A DNA stretch of 64,000 bases, from positions 12,217-76,216 of IMG/VR virus record IMGVR_UViG_3300025875_000011. One strand, written 5' to 3'. Under the pieces are notes generated by a model. The model did not search any database, had not been told where the DNA came from, and was given only the letters and a program-made list of their open reading frames with translations. Each line of letters starts with the position of its first letter. The stretch's first letter is position 1. The position numbers and the translations under genes are program-made. This DNA is from a virus. Taxonomy: Duplodnaviria; Caudoviricetes. Shown piece by piece: positions 33,143-42,235 of the stretch.

Positions 33143-33507
33143 CACCACACCTGCCGTACGGGCTGCTCGTGGAAGGTGCAGGTCAGGACGTGCTCGACGC
33201 TGTGGAGGATCTGGCCCTCGCTGGCCTCGCAGTCGGAGCCGTCGTCCTCGTGCTCGTAGCGGGGGGCCAGGACGATCTCCTGGCCGTGGGTGGAGCAGAC
33301 GTGGAACTCGCGCTCGCCGCCGCCGGGGGTGTCCTCGATCTCCAGGAGGCGCTGGTTCTGGCCGGCTCCGCACAGGACGCCGTCGGTGTGGCGGTAGATC
33401 CGGCCGTCGGGCCACGCGACGCGCTTGGCCGGCGCGTGGTTCGGGGTCGTGTGCGAGACGGGGAGGACGGAGACGGCGTACGCGCCTTCGGTGGGGATGT
33501 CGTTCAT
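33142..33507 (-). CDS. Hypothetical protein
   Basis: MNDIPTEGAY...; preceded by TAGACT, a CCA run and RBS. Confidence 0.7.
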   Translation of the reverse strand: MNDIPTEGAYAVSVLPVSHTTPNHAPAKRVAWPDGRIYRHTDGVLCGAGQNQRLLEIEDTPGGGEREFHVCSTHGQEIVLAPRYEHEDDGSDCEASEGQILHSVEHVLTCTFHEQPVRQVW

Positions 33508-33553
33508 GGTGGAGCCCTTCTTCCTTGGTGGTGACCTCAGTCTAGCAGAAAGA

Positions 33554-33952
33554 CTAGACAGTGGGGGAGGTGCGGGCACCCGATCCGAGGAAGTCGTCCG
33601 GCATCGGGTCGACACCCTCGGGAGGACGGAACGCCCAGTCGAGGGCCTGGCGCACGATCTCGGCCTCCCACCCGCGCAGGCGAGGACCCTGGGTCTTGGT
33701 CAGGGTCTCCTCGCGGATCTCCAGCTCGGCCTCGGTGAACTCGTCGACGCGGATCGACACCTGGTGGACGAGCGGCGACGACGTCGACGGGCGACGGACG
33801 GCCTGGCTGGGGGCGTACCCCAGGTCCTTGATCGCCGTCTCGACCTTCGTACGGACGGCCTCCGCGACGAGCGCGGGGTCGTTGACGACGCGGCCGACCG
33901 TACGGACGGACACGCCGGCCTTGGTGGCGACGTCCTGAGCGGTGGCGGTCAT
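33554..33952 (-). CDS. LacI-type HTH DNA-binding protein lacking the sugar-binding domain
   Basis: ATAQDVATKAGVSVRTVGRVVN...V...RTKVETAIKDLGYAPS. Confidence 0.85.
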   Translation of the reverse strand: MTATAQDVATKAGVSVRTVGRVVNDPALVAEAVRTKVETAIKDLGYAPSQAVRRPSTSSPLVHQVSIRVDEFTEAELEIREETLTKTQGPRLRGWEAEIVRQALDWAFRPPEGVDPMPDDFLGSGARTSPTV

Positions 33953-34218
33953 GAGGAGGCTCCGATTCTGAACTGGGCGAAGGCGCGAGCGACCGCGCGG
34001 ACGGACTTGTTGAACTGGCGGAACGCGTGGTGAACACCACGCAACGCGAGACCGCGCCTCGCGGCCCTGACCCGTAGCCGACGCACCGCGAGGGTGTGAC
34101 GGTCGCGGGACCTGCGGGCCACGGCCGACCGGCCGGTCCACGTCTTGCGGTCGGGGTAGTGGTCGGCGTACCGACGAGCGACGAGCATCCGCCGCTTGAT
34201 CTTGGTGATGCTGGTCAT
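33949..34218 (-). CDS. Hypothetical Arg-rich protein
   Basis: ORF track; ATGA coupling. Confidence 0.6.
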   Translation of the reverse strand: MTSITKIKRRMLVARRYADHYPDRKTWTGRSAVARRSRDRHTLAVRRLRVRAARRGLALRGVHHAFRQFNKSVRAVARAFAQFRIGASS

Positions 34219-34517
34219 CTGGGGATCTCCGTGAGGGTGAGGTAGTAGGTCCGGCCGTACCCGTCGGGCGCGGTCGGGTCTGCGGTGTCGACGAGGATGG
34301 CGGTGTCGTCCTCGGAGAGCGGGAACTCGGGGAACGCGTGGGCCACCTGGGCCAACGCCAGCTTGGCGTCGTCGCTGGTCGCGGTGAGGAAGCGACGCAT
34401 CTCGCCGCGGACGTCGTCGAGGTCCTGAGCGGCCTTCTTCGGATCGTGGGTGGTCGCGGCCTTCTCGGCCAGGTGGGAGATCCCAGCGAGCGCACGGCGG
34501 GTGGCGATGTCGGTCAT
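34215..34517 (-). CDS. Hypothetical protein
   Basis: Preceded by CCGCTAGACT, CAGACCACCACCACCGAAGG. Confidence 0.72.
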   Translation of the reverse strand: MTDIATRRALAGISHLAEKAATTHDPKKAAQDLDDVRGEMRRFLTATSDDAKLALAQVAHAFPEFPLSEDDTAILVDTADPTAPDGYGRTYYLTLTEIPR

Positions 34518-34554
34518 GGTCTGGCCCTTCGGTGGTGGTGGTCTGTCTGGTCTT

Positions 34555-34564
34555 AGTCTAGCGG
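34555..34564 (-). promoter_or_regulatory. Putative promoter CCGCTAGACT
   Basis: Reverse complement of AGTCTAGCGG; same downstream CAGACCACCACCACC as at 18610. Confidence 0.55.
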
Positions 34565-34986
34565 GATTCCTGGTCTGTGGCTACCCCCTTCCGCACAAGA
34601 CGGTCTGCGACCCTGACCGTCCGCGCTGACCGATGGTTGAGGTCCCGGACCCCGTGCTCCGCAGACGCTCGGAACGACGGGTGCAGCGGGACCGGGGACA
34701 CGTAGTCCAGGACCGACCGAACGATCCGGCCGGTGGCGAGCGCGATCCGCAGCGCGAGGAGTTGGTGCGGTCCGGCCGCCGCGAGGCCGACGCCGACCCA
34801 GCCGGCGCACAGGTTCCCGTCCTTCTGGTGGCACATGAACAGTCGCGGCGGCTGGTTGAAGGTCTCTGCGTCGTAGGGGGGCAGCTTTGCGTACTCGCTG
34901 AGGGACCAGAGCCCCGAGGGGGCGTCCGCGCGCATCGGACAGGATCCGCACGGACGCCCCGCTACCGGGTGAGGGTCACTCAGCAC
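34558..34986 (-). CDS. DUF6283-like Cys-rich protein
   Basis: RPCGSCP..ADAPSGLWS..EY.KLP.YD...FMCHQ.DG.LCAGW. Confidence 0.7.
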   Translation of the reverse strand: MLSDPHPVAGRPCGSCPMRADAPSGLWSLSEYAKLPPYDAETFNQPPRLFMCHQKDGNLCAGWVGVGLAAAGPHQLLALRIALATGRIVRSVLDYVSPVPLHPSFRASAEHGVRDLNHRSARTVRVADRLVRKGVATDQESR

Positions 34987-35783
34987 CCGAGGTCACCGTT
35001 CCAGCGGGCCCGCTGGTAGGCGTACGGGTGGCCGGTGACGATCATGTCGGCCCCGGCCGCGATCCCGGCCTTCCAGGAGGTGAGGGTTTCCCCTCCGGTC
35101 CGGACCACACCCCCGGCCGCGTGGATGGCCTTGACGGCCTCCGGGGTCATCTGGGAGGCGGAGGTGAAGTTCTCCCCGGAGATCCCGGCCGGCATCGGGA
35201 GGAGCGGCGCGTCGACGTTGAGGCTGATGTTCAGCTTCGGGTTGTTGGCCTTCATCCGCTGCATCGAGGCGAGTTCCCAGCGGAACCCGGTCAGGTAGAC
35301 GCGGCCCTCCAGGCCGACCAGCTGGGGCTCGAGGACGGCCTGCTCGGTGGGGGTGAGGTACCGCTTCAACTCCAGGAACAGGTGCGCGTTCGGGTCGGCC
35401 CGGACCAGGGCCAGGAGGCGGACCAGGGTGAGGATCTGCTCCCCGTCGTCGAGCCGGAGCGCGGCGATCTGGGTGGACGACTTCTCGATCACCAGGCCGT
35501 CGCCGTTCGACACCCGCTCCAGGGTGTTGTCGTGGAACATGACGCCCTTGTGGTCGGTGGTGAACCACAGGTCGGTCTCGGCCCAGTCGACCCCGTCGAT
35601 CTTGTACGCGGCCAGGAAGGTGCGCTCGCCGTTCTCGGTCCCGCTCCCCTCGTAGGCCAGGCCGCGGTGAGCCGCGACGGGGGGACACCCGGCCGCCTGA
35701 GCGGTCGGAGCGACGAGGGTCAGGGGGACAGCGGCGAGGGTGAGGGTGGCCCCGAAAGCAGCGAGGCGGTGGCGGAGGTTCAT
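34980..35783 (-). CDS. Secreted glycerophosphodiester phosphodiesterase (GDPD)
   Basis: Signal peptide ...LVAPTAQA; AAHRG, EN, AETDL, FHDNTLER, FLELK and DMIVT motifs. Confidence 0.9.
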   Translation of the reverse strand: MNLRHRLAAFGATLTLAAVPLTLVAPTAQAAGCPPVAAHRGLAYEGSGTENGERTFLAAYKIDGVDWAETDLWFTTDHKGVMFHDNTLERVSNGDGLVIEKSSTQIAALRLDDGEQILTLVRLLALVRADPNAHLFLELKRYLTPTEQAVLEPQLVGLEGRVYLTGFRWELASMQRMKANNPKLNISLNVDAPLLPMPAGISGENFTSASQMTPEAVKAIHAAGGVVRTGGETLTSWKAGIAAGADMIVTGHPYAYQRARWNGDLGC

Positions 35784-36292
35784 CGGTGGGTTCCTTCGGT
35801 GGTGGAGGGGGTGGGGGTGTGGCCGTGGTTGTCCTTGGCGTCCTCGGTCCAGCACTCGTCGCACATGCTGTCGTGCTCGACGTCGGTCCCGCCCGGGACG
35901 TGCTTCGAGCACTCCGAGCACGCCCGGTTCCGGTGCTCCGAGCAGAAGAACAGGCCGTCGGTGGTCTCGGCCCAGTCGCTGTCGAGCGCCTCGTCACGAG
36001 CACCACCCGTGTCGGCCCAGGCGCTGTACTCGCTGTCCTCGGTGGACTTGACTCCGCACCCCGGCTCCTGGCAGACGATGAACCAGTAGGGCGCGGAGAC
36101 GTAGCCGGTGGTCGGAGGGTCGGGTTCGGCCAGCCGAAGGATTGCCTCAGCGGGGAACAGCAAGTCGATGGTCTCGACGAGCCGCTCCCGCATCTGGGGG
36201 TCGAACACGATCTCGGCCCCGGCCTGCTCGTCCATCACGACGAGGAGATCGTCGACGCGCTGGACGACGAGCCGGTCACTGAGGCGGGTCAC
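35780..36292 (-). CDS. Hypothetical Cys-rich protein
   Basis: IVCQEPGC...FCSEH...CSEC...CDEC. Confidence 0.7.
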   Translation of the reverse strand: MTRLSDRLVVQRVDDLLVVMDEQAGAEIVFDPQMRERLVETIDLLFPAEAILRLAEPDPPTTGYVSAPYWFIVCQEPGCGVKSTEDSEYSAWADTGGARDEALDSDWAETTDGLFFCSEHRNRACSECSKHVPGGTDVEHDSMCDECWTEDAKDNHGHTPTPSTTEGTHR

Positions 36293-36690
36293 GGGAGCAC
36301 CACGTCTCGGTCTTCGACGGGCTGGTAGTTCCCGCGCCGGGTCTTGACGATCGGGTCCCACCCGTTCCCGCGCATGTTCGCGGCGAGGGTGCGGAACTCG
36401 TTGCCCCACGACTCGACCTCGGCCAGGGTGTGGGTGGTGCCCCGGTAGATCCGGTGACGGTTGACCGGGGTGGCGACGGTCTCCTTACACGGCCGCCATT
36501 CGACGTCTCCCTCGTCGGTCGACCACCGCTGCCACCAGGCGTCGGTGACCTCCAGCGCGAACCATCCGGCCGGGTCGACCGCGTCGAGGGCCACGGCGGT
36601 ACCGGGGTTGTCGATGCGGATGGCCTCTCCCTCCTCGGAGAAGAACGACCCGGGGTAGAGCGGCTTGACGTGGAACCTGCGTTCGATCAC
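36289..36690 (-). CDS. Hypothetical protein
   Basis: VIERRFHVKPLYPGSFFSEE...; GTGA coupling. Confidence 0.7.
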   Translation of the reverse strand: MIERRFHVKPLYPGSFFSEEGEAIRIDNPGTAVALDAVDPAGWFALEVTDAWWQRWSTDEGDVEWRPCKETVATPVNRHRIYRGTTHTLAEVESWGNEFRTLAANMRGNGWDPIVKTRRGNYQPVEDRDVVLP

Positions 36691-38054
36691 TTTTTCCGAC
36701 CCTTCTCCTCGGCCTTGCGGTCGGCGATGATCCGCTTCTCGATGTCGGACAGGCCGTACCCCCACTTGCTGAGGATCTCGAGGTACGGGGCTGCGGTCGC
36801 CAGCTGCGAGCGCCACGCGTCGTCGGTGAGGTAGTCCTCGACCGACGCGACGACGATGCACAGCGTCAGGTGCGCGGCCCGCTTCGCGGAGGCCCGGTTG
36901 ATCTCGGTGGACACCTTGTCGCGGTCCAGGCCGACGAGGGGGAGGTGGGTGGCCGACGTCGGAATCCACGTCGTCAGGTGGCCGGCGACGAACTTCTCGG
37001 ACCCGGCCAGGGTCGCGGTCGACTTCCCCAGGGTGAGGAGCCACTTCGCGCGGACGTTCGTGGCCTCCTTCCACGCCTTGTTCGACTCGACGACGCGCTT
37101 CCGCTCGGCCTTCGCGGCCTCACGCGCCTCGTCGGACTGCTCGGAGGCCGGGACCTTCGCGGCCGGGGGCTGGGCGTACGACATCTTCTCGTGGCCGTTG
37201 GCCTTCCAGTCGGTGCAGACCTCGGTGGTGGTGACGTTCCACCCGGAGGTGCGCCAGTCCTGGTGGACGGTGAGGTAGACGGCCTTCCCGGGGCAGGTCG
37301 CGTGGTCGTTCGCGGAGACCTTGAGGTTGAGCAGCCGCTCCCACTCGGGAGCGAGCGGGCCGTGGTCGACGGGCCGCTCGACGACCTTGATCCCCTCGGC
37401 CTCCAGCGCGACGGTCGCGTCTTCAATGGCCTTCACCCGGGCCTTGTCCGACTCCCACTCGTTCCGGACGTGCTCGACGTCCTGGCCGGCCGCGGCGTCG
37501 TTGAAGACCTCGATCAGCATCTCCCCGTCCGCTCCGTCGGCCTCCATCTCCGCGACGAGCTCGGCGAACTCCAGAGACAGGCCCTCCTCGGCGTACGTCT
37601 TCGCGGTCGGGGACGCGACGATCTTCCGGGCCGCGTGGACCGTCTCGGGGTCGAGGTTCAGGCTCGACGCGAGCAGGTCGGCCGGGACACCGAACAGGGC
37701 CAGCTCGTCGACGGCTGCGACCTCGTCGGTCAGGTTCATCGCGGTGCGGTGGTGGTTCTCGGCCCACTGGTCGACGACCCGCTCGTACGTGGTGGGCTCG
37801 GAGGGGTGGACGTAGACGGGGACGGTGTCGCGCTCGGCCACGATCGCGGCCAGGGTCCGGCGCTGGCCGGCCTTGACGACGATGGCCCCGGTCGGGTCCC
37901 GCCAGGCGACGATGGGCTCGAGGACGCCCCGGTCGCGGATGGAGGCGATGAACTCGGGGTTGAGGTCGACGTGGTCGGCCGATCGGATGTTCAGGCCGAT
38001 GGTCAGGGTCTTCGGGTCGAGGTGCTCCAGCGTGGGAGCGGTGGTGTCGGTCAT
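36687..38054 (-). CDS. ParB/RepB/Spo0J-family protein with a long C-terminal region
   Basis: LDPKTL...NIR...FIASIRDRGVLEPIV...AGQRRTLAA...QWAEN..R..M; HTH segment PADLLASSLNLDPETV. Confidence 0.88.
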   Translation of the reverse strand: MTDTTAPTLEHLDPKTLTIGLNIRSADHVDLNPEFIASIRDRGVLEPIVAWRDPTGAIVVKAGQRRTLAAIVAERDTVPVYVHPSEPTTYERVVDQWAENHHRTAMNLTDEVAAVDELALFGVPADLLASSLNLDPETVHAARKIVASPTAKTYAEEGLSLEFAELVAEMEADGADGEMLIEVFNDAAAGQDVEHVRNEWESDKARVKAIEDATVALEAEGIKVVERPVDHGPLAPEWERLLNLKVSANDHATCPGKAVYLTVHQDWRTSGWNVTTTEVCTDWKANGHEKMSYAQPPAAKVPASEQSDEAREAAKAERKRVVESNKAWKEATNVRAKWLLTLGKSTATLAGSEKFVAGHLTTWIPTSATHLPLVGLDRDKVSTEINRASAKRAAHLTLCIVVASVEDYLTDDAWRSQLATAAPYLEILSKWGYGLSDIEKRIIADRKAEEKGRKK

Positions 38055-38248
38055 GCGGGTGAGCCTTCCTTGGTGGGGGTGGAGACGGAGCCGTAGACGA
38101 CGGGGACGTCGTCGGGCTCGGAGAGGCGGCGGTAGAACTCCTCGGGGAGACCCGGGGAGGCGGGGATCGTGATGTACCCGGGGGCGACTCGGACGGTCTC
38201 CCGCTCGGTGTTCATGGTCCCGCCGACGTACGCGATGATCACGCTCAC
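38051..38248 (-). CDS. Hypothetical protein
   Basis: Preceded by a long (CCA)n run and AGGAAGG RBS. Confidence 0.6.
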   Translation of the reverse strand: MSVIIAYVGGTMNTERETVRVAPGYITIPASPGLPEEFYRRLSEPDDVPVVYGSVSTPTKEGSPA

Positions 38249-38440
38249 GGCGTGTCCTTCCTGGTGGTGGTGGTGGTGGTGAGGGTGGCCCGTCCGCGCG
38301 CGGTGGGAGCGGGCGGGCCACCCGGTCAGTGGGTCAGTCGCGGTCTTTCTCGTCGCGGACGACTTTCGCGGCGGCGGCGAAGCCCCACAAGATGACGGCG
38401 ACGACGAGGCCGACCACGCCGATCAGCGCCCAGATAGAGA

Positions 38441-38965
38441 TCACGGGATCTCGTGTCCCTTCTGGATTAGGACGCCCTCCGTCATCGGCGCTGTCCAGGG
38501 ACCGTTGTCGATGGCGACCTTGAAGGCGTCACCGTCGATGGCTAGGCGGAGCCTGTCGATGTAGGGGTCCACGTTGAGGTCGCCCAGGACGTGGCCGGTG
38601 AGGGTGACCATGAGGTCGAAGGGGGGCGGGTTCTTCCGGTCGGCCCACGCGACGAGGGCCTCACCGAGCGAGCGGGCCAGCTCGGGCGGGAGGTTGACCC
38701 CCTGGCCGGACCACAGCGACAGGCACGAGCCGAGGTCGACGAGGTCGACCTGACGGCGCTCACCGCCGTGGGTCTGGCCCACGATGCTGATGTGGTGGTT
38801 CTTCGGGTCGACGTGGATCCCCTCGGCGTCGTGGTCGACGAAGCCGTCCAGGATCTCGGACTGGGCGAGGTAGGCGTCGAAGACCTCGCGGGTCAGGCCG
38901 CCGACGACGGGGGCCGCGGTCATGTACTCGCGGACCCGCTCGGGGAGGGACTTCTGGTCGTTCAT
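38441..38965 (-). CDS. Hypothetical protein
   Basis: ORF track; (CCA)n + GAAAGG upstream. Confidence 0.72.
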   Translation of the reverse strand: MNDQKSLPERVREYMTAAPVVGGLTREVFDAYLAQSEILDGFVDHDAEGIHVDPKNHHISIVGQTHGGERRQVDLVDLGSCLSLWSGQGVNLPPELARSLGEALVAWADRKNPPPFDLMVTLTGHVLGDLNVDPYIDRLRLAIDGDAFKVAIDNGPWTAPMTEGVLIQKGHEIP

Positions 38966-39001
38966 GGGTGGAGCCTTTCTTCGGGGTGGTGGTGGTGGTG
39001 G

Positions 39002-39376
39002 TCAGCGGGAAGCGCAGTCGGCCTTCTCAGCGTGGTAGTCGGGGGTCACGCCCCGGACCTTCTCGGAGAGCCGGTTGATCTTGGCCGTGTTCTCGGGGAT
39101 GCGGTCGTAGTCGCTGTCCGCGATGGCCTGGAAGCTGTCGCCCGCGATCTTGGAGGCGTCGCTGGACCAGCCGATGATCTGGTCGCCGTGGTCGATCGCG
39201 TCGAGGCACGACTGGGGGGTCCTGGTGACCGTGACGGTCGCGGTCGGGGCCGGGGCGGGGGCGTCGGACTTCGCGGTCGCGCTTCCGATGGTCAGGCCCA
39301 GGATCAGGGTCGCGCCGGCGACGAGGGTGGGGACCAGGACCCGACGCTTCGGTGCGGGCGGGGTGGGTGTGCTCAT
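39002..39376 (-). CDS. Secreted or membrane-anchored protein
   Basis: RRVLVPTLVAGATLILGLTIGSA hydrophobic segment, then PAPAPTATVTVT linker. Confidence 0.72.
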   Translation of the reverse strand: MSTPTPPAPKRRVLVPTLVAGATLILGLTIGSATAKSDAPAPAPTATVTVTRTPQSCLDAIDHGDQIIGWSSDASKIAGDSFQAIADSDYDRIPENTAKINRLSEKVRGVTPDYHAEKADCASR

Positions 39377-39418
39377 GGGGTGGAACCTTTCGCTGGTGGT
39401 GGTGGTCTGTCGTGTCTC

Positions 39419-39428
39419 AGTCTAGCGG
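39419..39428 (-). promoter_or_regulatory. Putative promoter CCGCTAGACT
   Basis: Reverse complement of AGTCTAGCGG, followed by GACAGACCACCACCACC; a second variant lies at 39442-39451. Confidence 0.55.
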
Positions 39429-39454
39429 AAGGGCGGGGATAGGTCTAGCGGGAC

Positions 39455-39868
39455 TCACAGACCGGGGAGCGCGCCGTCCGTCGACCCCTCCACGCCGTAG
39501 TCGGACTCGTCGAGGTCCCACCAGGTGTCATCGCGCCGGTCCCAGACCGTGTCCAGGTGGCAGCTGGGACAGCGCCAGACGTGGAGCCAGTACGTCGGAG
39601 TGGCCGGGATCTCCTGGGTCACCTCGTAGGTCCGTCCGGGCTGGTTCTTCGACCGCTTTAGCCGGGTCATGGTCACGGTCTCCCCCGCCAGCGGGTAGAC
39701 CAGGCCGGTGTTCATCGCGGACTTGTCCCGGGATCCGCACTCGTTGCAGGTGACCGGCTTCATGTGCCAGTCGGCCGTCGTCCAGTAGGTCTCCCAGCCC
39801 TTCCACTCCACCCGGTGGCCGTCCCACAGCGGCGGGAGGTCGTGGAGCGTGGGGAGCGCCCGGACCAT
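39455..39868 (-). CDS. Hypothetical Zn-finger protein
   Basis: LPPLWDGHRVEW...CNECG...WRCPSC. Confidence 0.7.
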   Translation of the reverse strand: MVRALPTLHDLPPLWDGHRVEWKGWETYWTTADWHMKPVTCNECGSRDKSAMNTGLVYPLAGETVTMTRLKRSKNQPGRTYEVTQEIPATPTYWLHVWRCPSCHLDTVWDRRDDTWWDLDESDYGVEGSTDGALPGL

Positions 39869-41274
39869 CAGTCCTTCACCACCGAGAGGTAGTCGCGGCT
39901 CGACTGGATCGGGGTGAGCCGTTCCGGCTGGGACAGGCGGGCGTACTCCCCGAACTTGATTAGGCTCCGGACTCCGGTCGGGCCGTTGCGCTGCTTGCCG
40001 AGGATGGCCTCGACGTCGTCGGACTTCTCCATCTTGCCGTTGATCTCGACCTCCTCCTCCCACAGCAGCCACACGTTGTCGGCGGTCTGCTCGAGGTCGC
40101 CGGACTCGCGCAGGTCCGACACCTGGGGGCGCTTGTCCTGTCGGCCCTCGGGGTTGCGGTTCAGCTGGGCGAGGACCAGGAGGTGGGTGTCGTACTGCTT
40201 GGCGAGGGCCTTCAACTCGACGATCACCTCCCCGATGTGCTGCTGGCGAGACAGTCGCGGGTTCACGGCCCGGACGAGGCCGATGTAGTCGATCGCTACG
40301 ATCCCGAGCCGGTTCCCGGCGCGGTGGGCGCGGCGGTGAGCGGCGACGATCGCGCTCTTGATGTCGAGGATGGTCTGGCCGCCGTCGTCGACGACGGTCA
40401 GGTAGTCGCGGTCGGCCCGCATCTTCGGCAGGGCCCGGTTGATCCGGTCCCAGTCCTTCGGTCCGAGCGCGTCGCCTCCGGTGAGGATCGAGGTGAGGTT
40501 GACCCCGGCCGTGTGGGCGAGGGTCCGCTGGGTGATCTCCTGTTCGGTCATCTCCAGGCTCACGATCAGCGCGTGCTGCTGGTGGCGGCGGACGAGGTCG
40601 GTGACCGCGTTCTCGGCGAACAGCGACTTCCCCGCGCCGGGGCGGCCGGCGACGATGGTCACCCCTCCGGGGGTCCAGCCGCGGAACAGGTTGTCGAAGT
40701 CGGACCAGGCCGTCGTCGGGACCCGCTGGTTGCCGTTCTGGGCGATGTCGACGACAGCCTCGAGCGCGGACGGCTTCACGTCGTTGGTCTCGCGGCGCTC
40801 CCGGATGCGGTCGAGCCACTCCTGGGTGGAGGCGAGGAGCCGCTCCGGGTCGGAGCCGGGGGTCCGTACGGCCTGGACCATCCGGAGCCCGACTTCCCCG
40901 CTCTGGCGCAGGAGGGAGCACTCGCGCAGCTTTCGGGCGTAGTGCTCGGCCTGGAACGAGAGGATGGTCGTGTCGCCGTTGAGGTCGGTCAGGAACACCG
41001 GCCCGTCGGGGAGCCGGTGGACGTGGCCGCCCATCCGGGCGATGAACATCGCCACCGAGGGGACCTCACCGTCCGCGTCGAGGTCGACGGCCAGCTGCCA
41101 CAGGTAGCCGTGCATCGGGTTCGCGAAGTCGTGACGGTCGACCAGCCGCTTGAGCCGGGGGATGTCGTTGTAGCCCTGGAGGACCGCGCCGACGACGGCC
41201 CGTTCCCACCACGCGTCTTCGGGGCCGTCGAGGGCGTCGACGGCCTCCACCTCGGTGCTCACCGTCTCGCTCAT
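39868..41274 (-). CDS. dnaB: DnaB-like replicative helicase
   Basis: AGRPGAGKS, SLEM, IDYIGL, LAQLNR, DLRESGDLEQTAD, KQRNGPTG. Confidence 0.96.
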   Translation of the reverse strand: MSETVSTEVEAVDALDGPEDAWWERAVVGAVLQGYNDIPRLKRLVDRHDFANPMHGYLWQLAVDLDADGEVPSVAMFIARMGGHVHRLPDGPVFLTDLNGDTTILSFQAEHYARKLRECSLLRQSGEVGLRMVQAVRTPGSDPERLLASTQEWLDRIRERRETNDVKPSALEAVVDIAQNGNQRVPTTAWSDFDNLFRGWTPGGVTIVAGRPGAGKSLFAENAVTDLVRRHQQHALIVSLEMTEQEITQRTLAHTAGVNLTSILTGGDALGPKDWDRINRALPKMRADRDYLTVVDDGGQTILDIKSAIVAAHRRAHRAGNRLGIVAIDYIGLVRAVNPRLSRQQHIGEVIVELKALAKQYDTHLLVLAQLNRNPEGRQDKRPQVSDLRESGDLEQTADNVWLLWEEEVEINGKMEKSDDVEAILGKQRNGPTGVRSLIKFGEYARLSQPERLTPIQSSRDYLSVVKD

Positions 41275-41999
41275 GCGATGTCCCAGTTAGGCTCGCGGGT
41301 CGGACGGCCCTCGGTGAACGAGTACGCGTCCCTGGTGGCGACCTTCGCGCGGAGCCCCACGATCTCCTCCTCCCAGCACCCGCCGTTCAGCCACGGGAGC
41401 GACGTCTTGCGGTAGCCGTCCGGGGTCTGCTCCTGCTCCCACCAGGCCACGCGGGCCTTGATCGCCTCGACGATCATCTGGGGGTCGACGCCGGCCTTGA
41501 CGACGGTCCGGAACTTGGCGAGGTTCTTCGCCTTCGACCCCGCTCGACGGGTGCTCGGGTAGGTCGTCCAGAACTCCTCGAAGGCGACGAGGATCGGGTC
41601 AGGCGCTACGTCTACTTCCCTTCCATCGTTCCCTTCAATCGTTAGTAGGTCTGTGGGACACCCCTGGGGTGTCTCTGTGACAGGGGTGGGGTGTCTGTGT
41701 GACACCCCTTCCTCGGGGCCTCCGAGCGTGTAGATGTTCGGTGCCCGTCCGGGCCTTCCCTTCGGGTCCACGGTCCAGGTGACGAAGCCACGCTCGCGGA
41801 GCGAGTCGAGCGCGCGCCGAGCTGTCGACTCCGAGACGGACGCGTCCTTGGCGATCACAGCGAGCGACGGCCAGCACTGGAGTCGAGCGTTCGCCCTCGA
41901 CGACAGCGCGAGGTAGACGATCTTCTCCTGCACAGAGATGTCGGGGTCGCGCTGGATCGCGCGGGGGATGGTGGCGAAACCTTCAAGGTCGCCGCTCAT
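41271..41999 (-). CDS. Phage replication initiator (N-terminal wHTH)
   Basis: IVYLAL...CWPSLAVIAKDASVSESTARRALDSLRERG...N.Y; C-terminus FEEFW..YP...WLNGGCW; immediately upstream of dnaB. Confidence 0.82.
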   Translation of the reverse strand: MSGDLEGFATIPRAIQRDPDISVQEKIVYLALSSRANARLQCWPSLAVIAKDASVSESTARRALDSLRERGFVTWTVDPKGRPGRAPNIYTLGGPEEGVSHRHPTPVTETPQGCPTDLLTIEGNDGREVDVAPDPILVAFEEFWTTYPSTRRAGSKAKNLAKFRTVVKAGVDPQMIVEAIKARVAWWEQEQTPDGYRKTSLPWLNGGCWEEEIVGLRAKVATRDAYSFTEGRPTREPNWDIA

Positions 42000-42204
42000 C
42001 GGACGGCCCCCTTGCCGGGTGCCGTCGGGGTCCTGTACCTTTGCTCACGCATCAGTCGTTCGCTTCCGCTGGTGCCCTTCCACTTGGTGGTGGAGAGCGG
42101 GCCTGGTCTTCGGACCGGGCCCGCTTGGGCGTTTAGGACGACCACCGGCTGGTGGCCGCTTCGCACTTCTTCGATCCCTTGGTGGTGGGGTGCTGCTGGA
42201 GCGG

Positions 42205-42235
42205 ACCTTACCCCTTCCTATCGCCGCCGTGTCAA
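42205..42235 (-). promoter_or_regulatory. Possible promoter of the replication genes
   Basis: TTGACA-N19-TAAGGT on the minus strand (spacer is long), followed by a CCA run. Confidence 0.35.
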
